Shown: in pieces, positions 1 through 13,806 of the stretch | Position numbering within the stretch: the stretch's first letter is position 1 | Layout of the letters: each line of letters starts with the position of its first letter | Source of the DNA: the human T2T-CHM13v2.0 reference genome, Homo sapiens | Strand: one strand, 5' to 3' | Assembly (NCBI RefSeq): GCF_009914755.1 | Contig: NC_060926.1 | Length of the DNA stretch: 64,000 bases | Position numbers and translations under genes: made by a program | Notes under the pieces: model-generated | Told to the model about the DNA's origin: nothing | Databases searched by the model: none | Seen by the model: the letters and a program-made list of their open reading frames with translations, nothing else

Positions 1-496
1 AACTCTGAAGGAGCTGCGAAAAAGTGGAAATTGCACTAGTCTTGAAGTCAGAAAATGTGCATTTGTTTTTCTCTCCAGGCTATTTGACCTTGAACAAATT
101 ACTACCCCATTTAATTTATTTTCTCCCCTATGAGACTGGAGAGTGATCCTTCCACCTTCTGACTCAGGAATCCATGAGGATCAATTGAGGTGGCATGAAT
201 ACATCCTGGACGCTATTATTCCTTACACCTTGCTGGAAAGAAGTGACTCTCTGAGAGAGGGGCATGAGGCTATTACCCAGTGGCAGTACAGGATAATGTA
301 TCGGTTTTAGAGTGAGGCACACCTAGGGTCACAGCCCAGATCTGCCACTGACAACTGTCTCCTACAATCTCCGAGACATGGTTTCTTCTGCCATAAAATA
401 GGAGTAAGATGTCACCCACTTGTTGTCAAGATTAAAGAAAGTGACTAAAATCCCAACAGTTAACACTGAGTAAACATGCAATGAAATTTCCTTCCT

Positions 497-1075
497 TAGT
501 GTAATGGTTAAGCACAAAAATTCTGTAGCCAGACTATCTGGCTCAAATCCCAGCTGTGTAGCATCCTACCTGTGTGTCCCTGAACAAGTTGCTTAACTTC
601 TCTTAACCTCAGTTTCCCCACCTGTAAAATAGGGACAATGACACTACCTAACATATAGGATTGTTATAAGGGTTAAATTAGTATATTACAGTGATGTGTC
701 ACTTAACAACAGGGATATGTTCTGAGAAATGCATCATTAGACAATTTCATTGTTATGTGAATATTATACAGTGCACTTCACAAGCCTAGGTGGTGCAGCT
801 TACTACATGCCCGGGCTATAGGGTAGGGCCTACTGCTTCTAGTCTTCAAACCTTTACAGCATGTTACCATGCTAATACTGTAGGCAATTATAACACAATA
901 GACAGTATTTCTATATTGAAACATATCTAAACATAGAAAAGGTACAGTAAAAATATGGTATTAAAATATTACAGGATCGCCGTTGTATATGCAGTCTGTC
1001 ATTGACCAAAACGTTACTAGGTGGAACATGACTGTATTTGAAAAGTGCTTAGAAAGGTGCCTGTCCATAGTATTT
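497..1075 (+). mobile_element. MIR SINE, split by Tigger3a
   Basis: MIR core (gttgcttaacttctcttaacctcagtttccccacctgtaaaataggg) at ~590-635. MIR tail (aaagtgcttagaaaggtgcctgtccatagt) resumes after 1036. Confidence 0.75.
689..1034. mobile_element. Tigger3a (MER7A/Golem-type) MITE, complete
   Basis: Termini cagtgatg...catgactg flanked by TA at 687-688 and 1035-1036. Body (gggatatgttctgagaaatgcatcattag; aaacatagaaaaggtacagtaaaaat) matches the recalled Tigger3a consensus; ~346 bp. Confidence 0.88.
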
Positions 1076-1487
1076 TTTTCACTATTTATCAAACTATTTT
1101 AACAAGAATTCACTAAAACCTGGGCTTTACTCAAGCAGCACTAATAAATGTCATTAATTATAGAAAAGCCTAACTCCAAATTTCACCCTTCATTACCTCA
1201 CCTCAAAGTACTAACTATTCCAGTTGGGAAAATCTGACTCCAACATACACAATACAGAAAATAACACAGAAATGAAGTGTCCCATCAAGCCACTGCCATG
1301 CCAAATGACCCAGGGACTGAGAAGGGAAAAGGAAGTTGAGCACAAATGTGTGTGATGCCTTCTCCTGACTTTTCTAGTTTAGATATCTTCTCCTGTGCTT
1401 AGTCAGTTCAGACACTGGGAATCCTTCTTCTGTCACTCCCAGTTTCTCTAGGTATGTTGTGAAATTTCTCACCATGCATTCATTTTT

Positions 1488-1512
1488 AAAAAAAAAAAAA
1501 AAAAAAAAAAAA
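1488..1512 (+). repeat. Poly(A) tract (~A25)
   Basis: Direct reading; no recognisable SINE/LINE body upstream. Confidence 0.9.
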
Positions 1513-2613
1513 GGAAATCCCTTTAACAAGTGAATTTAGAGGCCCTACAGTTTTCATCTGTTACAAGGGAATTTTTACCTCAAATAATTTCATAGGCCAA
1601 GGTTTTATGTTGCCTCCTATTCTATATCCTGGTTTGTAGCTATTTTATTTTAAACAACGCAAGGCATGGACTGAAATTTCCCAAGAGCATTTCAAAGAGC
1701 AGTTTCTCATTTCCTGCCCGTATGAATTTATGTTCTTAAAATAGAAAGTTTCTTCGGAAATCAGGTTAATATGAACATGAAATGATGGAGAAGAAAGTTG
1801 AAAGAACATTAAACCTTTTACAAAACCCATTTATAAGAGGCTGTATCTCATTCATGAGAATGAAAACAAGCCACACATCTGCATTGGAACTTTATTTAAC
1901 TTTCATCCACTCATTATTCACAAATATTTATTGAATGCCTTCTGTGTGTCAGGGGCTGCAATCCGCATTGGCATTTAGAGGCTGTTGGGGAAAAAGGACA
2001 AATAAAAGAGAAGGACAGATAAACGCAGACCACAGGCCTGTGCTGTGGCCGACTTAAGCATGGAGAGCTGTTGGAGTTCAGAGCTTGATGCTCCTAACCA
2101 CTGAGAGATAATCAGGAGGGCTTCCTCTAGAAGTATCTCAAGACATAAGTCATTAAGGATTAGGAAGAGTTAGGTAGCGAAGGAAAGGGCCTTGACCACA
2201 GGAGCCCATGCCTGAAATCATAAAGGCCTAAAGGTGAGGAGAGAAAGCATGGGTAAAACATATAGGTGGTGGAGTGGCAGACAAGGCTAGAATGGAAAGC
2301 TGAGCCCAGACAAGGCAAAGCTCTGGAAGCTAAACTAACTGAGATATTTCATCTCTATCCTGAGAGGTATAGGAAGCCATTAATGAACTTTAAGCAAAGG
2401 AGGAATGTGTTTAGATTTGTGTTTTGGAAAGATAACCTGGCAGCCATGTGGATGGTGGGGCAAAGGGCATCAGGCAGGGGAAACAGAACCAGCTTGGAAG
2501 TTACAGTAATGATCCCATGAAGAGTGATGAGGGCCAGAAAAGAGGTCAGGGCCATGTGAATGGGGAAGAAGACACAGATATAAGCAGTGTTTAGAAGAAA
2601 GACACCAAAGATC

Positions 2614-3472
2614 TGTATTTGAATTACCTCCTATTCATCCCATTGGTGATGAAGGGATTTCAATCCTAGCCTTATGGAAATAGCCAGACACACTATATTA
2701 GTGTGTTTTCACACTGTTGATAAAGATATACCTGAGACTGGGTGATTTATAAATAAAGAGGTTTAATGGACTCACAGTTCTGGAGAGGCCTCACAATCAT
2801 GGTGGAAGGCAAAAGGCACTTCTTACATGGTAGCAGGCGAGACAGAATAAAAGCCAAGCCAAAGGGGAAACCCCTTATAAAATGATCAGATCTCATGAGA
2901 CTTATTCACTACCACGAGAACAGTATGGAGGAAACTGTCCCCATGATTCAATTATCTCCCACTGGGTCCCTCCCACTACACATGAGAATTATGGGAGCTA
3001 CAATTCAAGATGAGATTTGGTTGGGGACACAGCCAAACCATATCACACACCACACCCAACACTAGACAGATAAGACTGACAGCAGTTTATTAATCACATA
3101 TATTTGCAGCCCAGGCACACCCCACAGGGCCACATGGGGGTTGCCCTTGGGAAGAGACTGCACCAGCAAGGGCTGTGAGAGGCAGGTTTCATAATATCAA
3201 GAGAATGGGTGTCCTCTGGCTTCTGCAGAAGGATGTGATTGGCTTGTTTAATTAATTCTATGGACTGGCAGAGAGCTGAAACCCATCACTCAGGGTTAAG
3301 CAGAAACTGTGCCCAGCCCCTTGTCAAGGAGCAGTATTTAGCTAGGGGACATTATTTGCAGGAACAGATTGGGGAGGGGAACTTGTGACTAGGTCATTCC
3401 AGGCCCAACTGATTTTATGAGATGTCAAGAACTGAAAATACTGAGTCTTAATTGTAGCCTCTTACTAAAAGA
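2614..3472 (-). mobile_element. ERVL-class solo LTR (LTR53/MER73-like), interrupted by THE1B
   Basis: Minus strand reads agtaagaggctacaattaagactcagtatt...aaacaagccaatcacatcc...aataaactgctgtc, matching the recalled LTR53/MER73-family consensus. Confidence 0.6.
2694..3045 (-). mobile_element. THE1B-like solo LTR (MaLR)
   Basis: tatattagt...ggggacacagccaaaccatatca; perfect 5-bp TSD CACAC (2689-2693 / 3046-3050). Confidence 0.9.
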
Positions 3473-4187
3473 CACAGACAGTGAATGTGAAAGAGAAATC
3501 CAGACATCTCTGGGGTTTCTGGTTTGGGGGAAAGCCTGTGTGTTGGTAACTTCCCTGAGATAAGCGATTCAGAAGGTGCATATTTTAAGGAGATGATCAT
3601 GTGTTTATATTGGGCACAGGGAGTAGAAAAGACTGAGTATAGAAAGTCTGTAGCTTGAATTGGAGATATCTAATAAGTAATTGGGATTAGATATCTGGAA
3701 GTCAGGAAAGTTTCACCCTCCACCTAATGGGCTTCTTTCTGTTTATATACTCCCTATTCAATGGTCTGCGTTTTAAGCCACTGAGTTTTTTATGGTATTT
3801 GTTATGCAGCAAAAGCTTACTGATACAGAGAGTCATCCACATGGACGTGGGTTGGAAATGAGGAAGAGCACCAAGGCTTCCAGTGAAGGATGGAACTGGC
3901 CCTGGAGGGGCAATAATGGAGACGGCAGATACAGGTGATGGGTTTAACTGACTTCTTTTCTGCTTTTTTAGATGCTTAGCTTATTATCAAAGGTTGCTGG
4001 TGAAAGATATTACCTTTATAATAACTGGGTCCTTTAGAAAGAGTCTAACCAAAATTAGGAGCTCAGTGCTGAAAAACAATATGGCTAATGGTTAAAGGCT
4101 GAGGATCTAAGGTCAGGAAGAGCTGCATTTGAATCCAGGCTCTGCTTCTCCCTTATGAGCTGCGTGACCTGGCACAAGTTATTTAAC

Positions 4188-4856
<669 letters not shown>

Positions 4857-5855
4857 TTAACCTCCCTGAGATTTTTTTTTTCGTCTTTAAAATGGGATAA
4901 TGGTAATACTATCAGGTTGTCATACAGATTATATCAAGATGCTTTAGAATAAGCCTGGGCTTTAATGTGTTTCGTCTCTGCTGCTAACCTGATTTATAAT
5001 ACAAAGCAAATCCAGGCCTCTCTCTGACCTTGGTTCCCCATCTGTAAAATGATAAGCTTCAATTAGAAGATCCCTAAGCCCCATCTATCACCAACATTCT
5101 AAGAAAGCAACGTAAAGGACAAACACTCCTCAGGATGCAATACAATACAAGGCAAGAACATTCTGTGAATTTTTTAAGGCTTTTAAATAAGTGTACTGCA
5201 GCTGTGCAGTAAATTTTCATTGTTTTCTTTTCTTTTTTATTTTCCTTAAAAAAATCAGAGAGCTACTTGTCAGTACCAAGATAATGCATATCGCATCTAA
5301 GTTATATCCCGCTGACAGTCTGTTTTGTAGCATAGCTAAATATCATGCTTAGATTGCTTTCAGTAATATATATATGAATGATAGTATATACAAAAGCTGA
5401 AAAGTGATTTTTCTCACTGTAACTACTGTAATGTTGCACAGCAATCTTGCCTAGCAGATGGACCACTGTGTAATGGCTCGCTACTAAGCCCTGTTTGATA
5501 ATTTATTGACTCTTCCCTGTTGTCTCAGAAGATGCCTCATGTATTCAGATATGGCTAAGTCTACAATCTCAGAGTCTGAGGTTATCTTCTTTCCAGTTGT
5601 CCCAGCAAAGCAGACAGTGGATCACATGCACAATGTTTGTTCTGTTCCCAGGCCTATTCTCAACTCCCTGTCCATAAGGTGGGCCAGATTGTAACATCTT
5701 CCTTCCTTGTCATCTGTGAATAACACTAGAAAGCAGAAACAACACGTGTGCTTTTTTAGGTTCCTGCTGGAAAGAAGTCATGTGCTGACTGGACCAAGGG
5801 TGAGAAGGCCCATGGATTTTACCTACATGGAAAGGGTCAGAAAATTTTAAATGAA

Positions 5856-6393
5856 TGTATTAGCTATCTATTGCTACATTTTATAATTCCTCAAAACGTA
5901 GCAGCTTAAAACACACACATTTGTTGTCTCATGATTGTTTCAGGTCAGGCATTCAGCTTTACAATTTCTCATGAAGCTACAATCACAGTGTTGGCCATGG
6001 CTAGGGTCTCATCTGAAGGCCTGGTTGGGGAAGAATCTGCTGCCAAGCTCACTCACAAGGTTGTTGGTAAAATTCAGTTCTTCAAAGGGTTTTGGACTGA
6101 AAGCCTCAGTTTATTACTGACTGTTGGCCAGAGTCCATCCTCATTTCACTGCCAGGTAGGCCTCATCAACATGGAAGTTCACTTCATCAAAGCCAGCCAG
6201 AGACAGGGTGTACAAGCAAGATGGAAGTCACATACTTTTGTAACCTAATCACGGAAGTGCCATCCCATTACCTTTGCCATACTCTATTGGTTAGAAGCAA
6301 GTCAAAAGGAGCAACTTAGAAGGTATGAATTAGAAGGTGTTAATACCAGGAAGCAGAGATTATTGAGGGTCACCTTAGAGTCTGCCTGCCACA
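5856..6393 (-). mobile_element. MLT1F-like solo LTR (MaLR)
   Basis: Starts tgtattagctatctattgct; ends gagggtcaccttagagtctgcctgccaca, the reverse complement of the MLT1F-type 5' end. Confidence 0.75.
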
Positions 6394-6984
6394 TGGAGGG
6401 TCAAAACTGGGCTTTCATGCATGGTTATATAGTGGGGACACCAGGAGACTAAACATTGCTCAGCTCCCCCATTCACATGCCCTGAGGCATTACTGTGGCA
6501 GCCCTGGACAAGGAATGGCCTCTTGCAAAGTATCTGTTTAATTTTATATGAAAACACCACATGTAGTAAAAGTAGCCCTGAGTCCAAAATGTACATACTT
6601 AGGGAGAACAGCAGCTCCCTAAGTAGGAAGGGTTTGGAGCTGGAAAGTTCACATTCCAGGTAAAGGCACTCAATTTCTTTCTCCCTATCTGTCCACAAAT
6701 TTGTGACCTTGTCAGATATAACATCTTCTAAATAAACCAGTTGTTTGGGACAAATGCAGCTCAGGCCTCCCAATGGGACTCCTGGTTTTTAACTCGCAGC
6801 ATCCAAGTTCCAGCCCCTTCCTTCTGAGAAGGACGGGTGCTCCAGTCTTTGTGAGCCTGTGAATAAAGGAGTAGGAAGTGTCCTCTTTGGAAGGCAGGTC
6901 TTAGATTTTCAACCCTGTTATCTATCCTGAAGTCATTTTATCAACAATACAACCGCCACTTGCATCCTAATTTCTTGTGCTTTA

Positions 6985-7921
6985 TTTATTCAGTAAGAGA
7001 TTATCAAGTACGTACTCTGTGCCAGGCACTGCACTAAGCATTGACATGAGGATGTAAACAAGATTCTTGCCCTGGAGAAGGAAGAAATCCATGCAAAAAA
7101 AAAAAAAATCAATGTAATGGTGTTTTCATCTTGGGGCATGATCTCCATCTGACCTGAGTAGAGTTAGTAGAGCACAAAGAAGGAACAATATCATAAAAGG
7201 GTTTGGAAAGGAGATGTTTGGTTTGAGCTAAGCCTTTCAAGGATAAAAATATGTTAAGTGAAAAAAGAGAAGTACTGCAGGCAGAGAAGGGATTGTACAG
7301 AGGCAAGGAGAATTATAACAGGATCATTTTCATGTCTAGACCATTAACCCAGATGCAAAGAGCCTGATGCCATAGAGAAGGCTGTGGTCCTTAGTCTTGT
7401 CCCTGAGGGCCTAAGGGCCCAGATTGACAAGTCTGCACTTGACCCTGAGGGTAGTAGGAAGCCCCTGAAAAGTTTCCTACAAAGGCCACAGCATGACAAG
7501 ATTGGTGTTTTAAAAAGCTCACCATGGCTACAGAGGGAAACAGGAATAGAGAGGGCTAAGTTTAAAGCTGCAGACTAGGAGTGAAGTTTTCTCGGTGATC
7601 CAGTGGGAAATGCAGGGGAGGTGTGGGGAGGAGAAATGTCAAGAGGCAGAGTTGACATAGTGGTGATTGATGGGAAGTTGTCCTGAACCAGGACAGAAGG
7701 AATAGGGATGGCACAGAGATATCAGGAAAATGAATTACTCTCAGATTCTCTGAACCATTTAGATGGGGGAGGGAGGGTACAGAAGACAACTGGGGAGATG
7801 GCAGCACCAATTTCCAGGATAATTTGTACATGCCTGGGGCAGATTTGAACAGAAAGATGCTGAGGTTAATTTTGCACCTATGGAATATATTGTTCCTGTG
7901 GCTTATTCCAGGTGAGATGAA
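6985..7921 (-). mobile_element. L2 LINE 3' portion
   Basis: tactctgtgccaggcactgcactaagca followed by L2-like body; ends at the Tigger1 insertion. Confidence 0.65.
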
Positions 7922-7923
7922 TA

Positions 7924-10253
7924 CATGCATCTCACCTTGGAAATATTCAGGGCTCAGTTCCAGACCACCACAATAAAGTGAATATCTCAACAAAGTCATA
8001 TAATATTTTTTGTTAGCCAGTACATATAAAAGATATGTTTACACTATAGTCTTTCAAGTGTGCGATAACATTATGTCTAAAAAATGTCCATACCTTAATT
8101 TAAAAATAATTTAGTGCTAAAAAATACTAGTGATTATGTGAACCTGCAGTGTGTTATTATCTTTTTGTTGGTGGAGCATCCTGCCTCGAAGTTGATGGCT
8201 GCTGATCAATTAGGGTGGTAGTTGCTAAAGGCTGCCATGACTGGGGCAATTTCTGAAAATAAGACAATGATGAAGTTTGCTGCATCCATTGACTCTTGCT
8301 TTTACAAAATATGTTTCTGCAGCATGGCATGCTGTTTGATAGCATTTTAGCCACAGTAGAATTTCTTTCAAAATTGAAGTCAGTCCTCTCAAAGCCTACC
8401 ACTGCTTTATCTACTAAGGATACGTAATAATCTAAATACTTTCTAGTCATTTCAACAATCTTCATAGCATCCTGACCAGGAGTAGATTCCATTTCAAGAA
8501 ACAAATTTCTTTCTTCATCCATTTGCAGCAACCCCTCACGTACTCAAGTTTGATCATGAGATTGCAGCAATTCAGTCACATCTTCAGGCTCCACTTCTAA
8601 TTCTATTTTTCTTGTTATTTCTACCATATCTGCATTCGCTTCCTCATTAAAGTCTTGAACTCCCCAAAGTCATTCATGAGGGTTGGAATCAACTTCTTCT
8701 AAATTCCTGTTAATGTTGATATTTTGACCTCCTCCCATGAATCACAAATGTTCTTAATGGCATCTGGAATGCTGAATTCCTTCCAGAACGTTTTCAATTT
8801 ACTTTGCCAAGGCCCATCAGGGAAATCACTATCTATGGCAGCTATAGCCTTATGAAATATATTTCCCAAATAATAAGACTTGAAAGTCAAAATTATTCCT
8901 TGATCCATAGGCTACAGAATGGATATTGTGGCAGCAGGCATGAAAACAACATTAATCTTATGTACATCTCTATCAGAGCTCTTGGGTGTCTAGGTACATT
9001 GTCAATGAGCAGTAATATTTTAAAGGGAATCTTTTTTTCTGGGCAGTAGGTCTCAAGAGTTGGCTTAAAAGATTCAGCAAACCATGCAGTAAACAGATGT
9101 GCTGTCATCCAGGATTTGTTGCCCCATTTAAAGAGCATAGGCAGAGTAGATTTAGCATAATTCTTAAGGGCTTTAGGATTTTCAGAATGCTAAATGAGCA
9201 TTGGTATCCACCTAAAGTCACCAGCTATATTATCCTTTAACAGGATAGTCTGTCTGTCCTTTGAAGCTTTGAAACCAGGCATTGACTTCTCTCTGGCTAG
9301 GAAAGTCTTAGATAGTATCATTTCCTAATATAGGGTTGTTTTGTCTAGATTAAAAATCTGGTGTTTAGTGTAGCCACCTTCATCAATTATCTTAGCTAGA
9401 TCTTCTGGATAACTTACTACAGCTTCTACATCAATACTTGCTGCTTCATCTTGCACTTTTATGTTATGGTGCGTAGTTATGTTTGTGAAGTAAACCTCAC
9501 AAACCAATCTCTGCTATCTTCCAACATCTCTTCTGCAGCTTTCTCACCTCTCTGAGCCTTCATAGAATTAAATTAGGACCTTGATCCAGATTAGGCTTTG
9601 GTTTAAGGGAATGATGTGGCTGCTTTGATCTTCTATCCAGACCACTAAAATTTTCTCCATATCAGCAATAAGGCTGTTTCACTTTTTTTTTTTTTAATCA
9701 TTCATGCATTCACTGGAGTAGCACCTTTAATTTCCCTCAGGAACTTTTCCTTTGTAATCACAGCTTGCCCTAAAATAGGTGCAAGAGGCCTAGCTCAGCT
9801 TTTGACATGCCTTTCTCACTAAGCTTAATCATGTCTACCTTTTGATTTAAAGTGAGAGACCTGAGACTCTTCCTTTCACTTGAATGCTTAGAGACCATTG
9901 TAGGGTTATTAACTGGCCTAATTTCAGTATTGCTGTGTCTCAGGGAATAGGGAGGCCCAAGGAGAGGGGGAGAGAGATGGGAGAATGGCCAATACATGGA
10001 GCAGTCAGAACACACACAACATTTATCGATTAAGTTCTCCATCTTATATGAGTGTGGTTCATGGCACCCCAAAACAATTATAATAGTAACATCAAAGATG
10101 ACTGATCACAGATCACAATAACAGATATAATCATAATGAAGACGTTTGAAATATTGTCAGAATTACCAAAATGTGACACAGAGACATTAAGTGAGCACAT
10201 GCTGATGGAAAAAAGTGCCAATCAACTTCCTCAGCACAGGGTTGCCACAAACA
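7924..10253 (-). mobile_element. Tigger1 DNA transposon, near full length, one terminus missing
   Basis: TA at 7922-7923, then degenerate TIR and ttccagaccaccacaataaag. Colinear Tigger1 body to gggttgccacaaac at ~10252. Transposase fragments on the minus strand. Confidence 0.95.
8157..9898 (-). pseudogene. Fragmented Tigger1 (pogo-family DDE) transposase
   Basis: Successive ORF pieces: MVSKHSSERKSLRSLTLNQKVDMIKLSEKGMSKAE (ATG 9898), [59 protein letters not shown]. Broken by frameshifts and stops. Confidence 0.9.
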
Positions 10254-11132
10254 TCTAAAAGTTTATGGAGTCCTAGAAATTAAACTTAAAAATAAATGTC
10301 TGAATTTTGGCTCCTGCAGCAAATGCAAACACCTGGGAGCTTAACTGTTGTGATGTCCTTTCTAATCCACTAGGAGAATCAAGTTGCTCCTGAAGCATGA
10401 GGTGCCTGTCAAGTTCAGAGTTAAGAGTCAGGAATGACCTGGGCTTAGGGGACCATCTTCACAGGCATGCATTGTGAATAAGCGAGTGTGTGTGTGATTG
10501 TATGTGTGTGTGTGATTCGTGCATAAGCTACAGAAGTCATCCTTCCCAAGCATCATAGTTGGCTGAAATCTAAGAAATGTTCACATACAAAATCCCAAAA
10601 TGTAATTGCTATTATACATTTTTTTTACAGACTTGTCTTTGCTTTAATGACAAATGTGACTGCTAAAAACATCTTCCCCAGCAAAATCCATCCCCACACC
10701 CTTTTCAAACCCATACCTTCTAGCCTACCACTGTTCCTATTCAAATAGCATGTACTGACTATCTACCACATGCCAGGAACCCAAGGAGGCATCTGTGTGT
10801 TAAGAAATTGAAAGCTCCTATAATAATGCAGCTGCTACCTTGGAGGTGGAGCATATTAAACTAATAGCACCTCTGAGTATTTCACCAGCTTGAAAAGCCT
10901 GACCTCTTGCAGGACCTGAGTGTCTAGAAAACAGAGATGTCAGAAAAGGAAGGTGGAGAGAGTCCAGGCAGGGCTGGAGGAATCATGGTGAGTAAATCAC
11001 TTTCCTTTACTGGACACTGGCTTTCCCATCTGTAAGATAAGCAGGTAGGGCTGGATTCAAGAGCATTTAAGTTTTAATAATGGTAAAATGGAGAGATTAG
11101 GAAAGTCCAGAGTGGAGAGGAAGTCCTGTTGG

Positions 11133-11513
11133 GTTGAGTACAGGTCTGTTCAGGCTGCCAGAACAAAATATCACAGACTAGTGACTCAAAAACAGACATC
11201 TCTTTCCTCATTCTAAAGGCTGGAAGTTCAAAGTAGGGAGGTGGTGGGTTTGGTTCCTCCTGAGACCTCTCTCCTTGGTTAGCAGAAGCCACCTTTCCTT
11301 TACATCCTCACATGGCCTTTTCTCTGTGCATGCACATCCCTGGCATCTCTCTCTTCTTATAAGGACACCAATCATATTGGATTAAGGGCCCCACCCTTGT
11401 GACCTTCTTTAACCTTAATTACCTCCTTAAAGACCCTATCACCAAATACAGTTACATTGGTGGTTAGGGCTTCTACCTGTGAATTTTAGGGGGATACAAT
11501 TTAGTCCATAACA
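11133..11513 (-). mobile_element. MLT1A-like solo LTR
   Basis: ggctgccagaacaaaatatcacagact...cttataaggacaccaatcatattggatt...ttagtccataaca. Confidence 0.8.
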
Positions 11514-11649
11514 GCGAGACAGTAGGCTTTTTAGAAAGACAGTTCGCAAAAAAAGCTAGTAACTGAAAGGAAGTGAAAAAATAATCAATTATAGCCAAGT
11601 TGGCCGCCATTTTACTTGCTACTCATCCTTGATAAAAAGTATTCATTTG

Positions 11650-12710
<1,061 letters not shown>

Positions 12711-13744
12711 GTAATTCACAGCAGATGGAGGGAGAAAGTTGCTACCCACCCTCGTCAAGTCTACACTTCCCTCCCCTGGCTGGACCTTTTCCTCGCATAT
12801 GCAATCACTTGGAAGCTCTCTCTAAAGAATCTCACACAGAATACATCTGCCACCACATCTTCCTTCTGATACTCCCAAGATTCTACACATAAACATGGAG
12901 GGTAGAACAATTTGGAAACCGAAGAGTAAAGAGATTTTGAATGATACAAACTAAAATCAATCTAAGAACAACGCAAATCAAGTTTTTCCAGGGGTCTTCT
13001 TTGGAACTTTCAGAAAATGCTCAATGCAGATTCCTGTCATGGAGATGATGTAAGAGATTTCAACATCCCCAAAAATATATTCAGGAATATGTAATGGACT
13101 AGTTGGTGCTCATTTGAAAGTCTGCTTCAGAATAAATCGCTAGGAAGAAGTTGTTTTATATTCCTTCTTCTACTAATGCCTCACAGCTGAATCCACAGAG
13201 CCACCACAGGCCTGCCTGCTAAGTCTGCTCTCCAGATATATGCAAAAGGCTTCCCAGCATGCATTAATTTATCAGACATCAACTTGAAACCTGAGCAAAT
13301 TTAGGGCAAATCCAAAACAGTCCCCCCAATGGAGCTGAGACACTCCCATCAGTGTCCTCTCAGTTTCCTTGTGATTTCATATATAATAATGTCCCGATAA
13401 TCTGAAAAGACTGATACTTATAGACTTCCTTTCGCCAAGAAAAACAACCTCCTGTGAGCTTCAGTTTTCATTTTCTCAAAGACATATTAACTCCAGTCAT
13501 GGTGGAGCCTTATAGGAAAAGTTGCTGAAGACCTCACTTCATTTTTCTGTAGCTCTGAGTTGAGGGATTTCTTTCCTTAAAATAATCCCTCCCCCTACAC
13601 AATTATTTCTGCAGGGAAAGGCCCCTTAACTTCATGCATGATATTTTTAAAATGCAAATACACCCTACAAGAAAGTTAGGTCTCTCAGCGGTTTCCACCT
13701 TAATCTGAATTATTTTTAATCTATTATTCTCTGGCACCTGACAG

Positions 13745-13806
13745 AAATCTGCCTACTCAGAGACTGACAGCTGAGGTTGGAAAGACACATACGTGACTCA
13801 AATAAG
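13745..13806 (+). other. Candidate short non-coding exon
   Basis: Pyrimidine tract + CAG (13742-13744) and a strong donor AAG|GTAAGC (13806/13807) in repeat-free DNA. No transcript evidence available. Confidence 0.25.

Larger units (their letters stand above)
1900..3860 (-). mobile_element. L2 LINE fragments (host of nested LTRs)
   Basis: Antisense L2 3' end (cacaaatatttattgaatgccttctgtgtgtcagg) at ~1920. Purine-rich L2-like sequence runs to ~2610 and again after 3473. Confidence 0.6.

Noticed and set aside
5370-5420. Possible C/D-box snoRNA (atgata...ctga)
   Set aside because: No canonical RUGAUGA box, spacing too short, no terminal stem.
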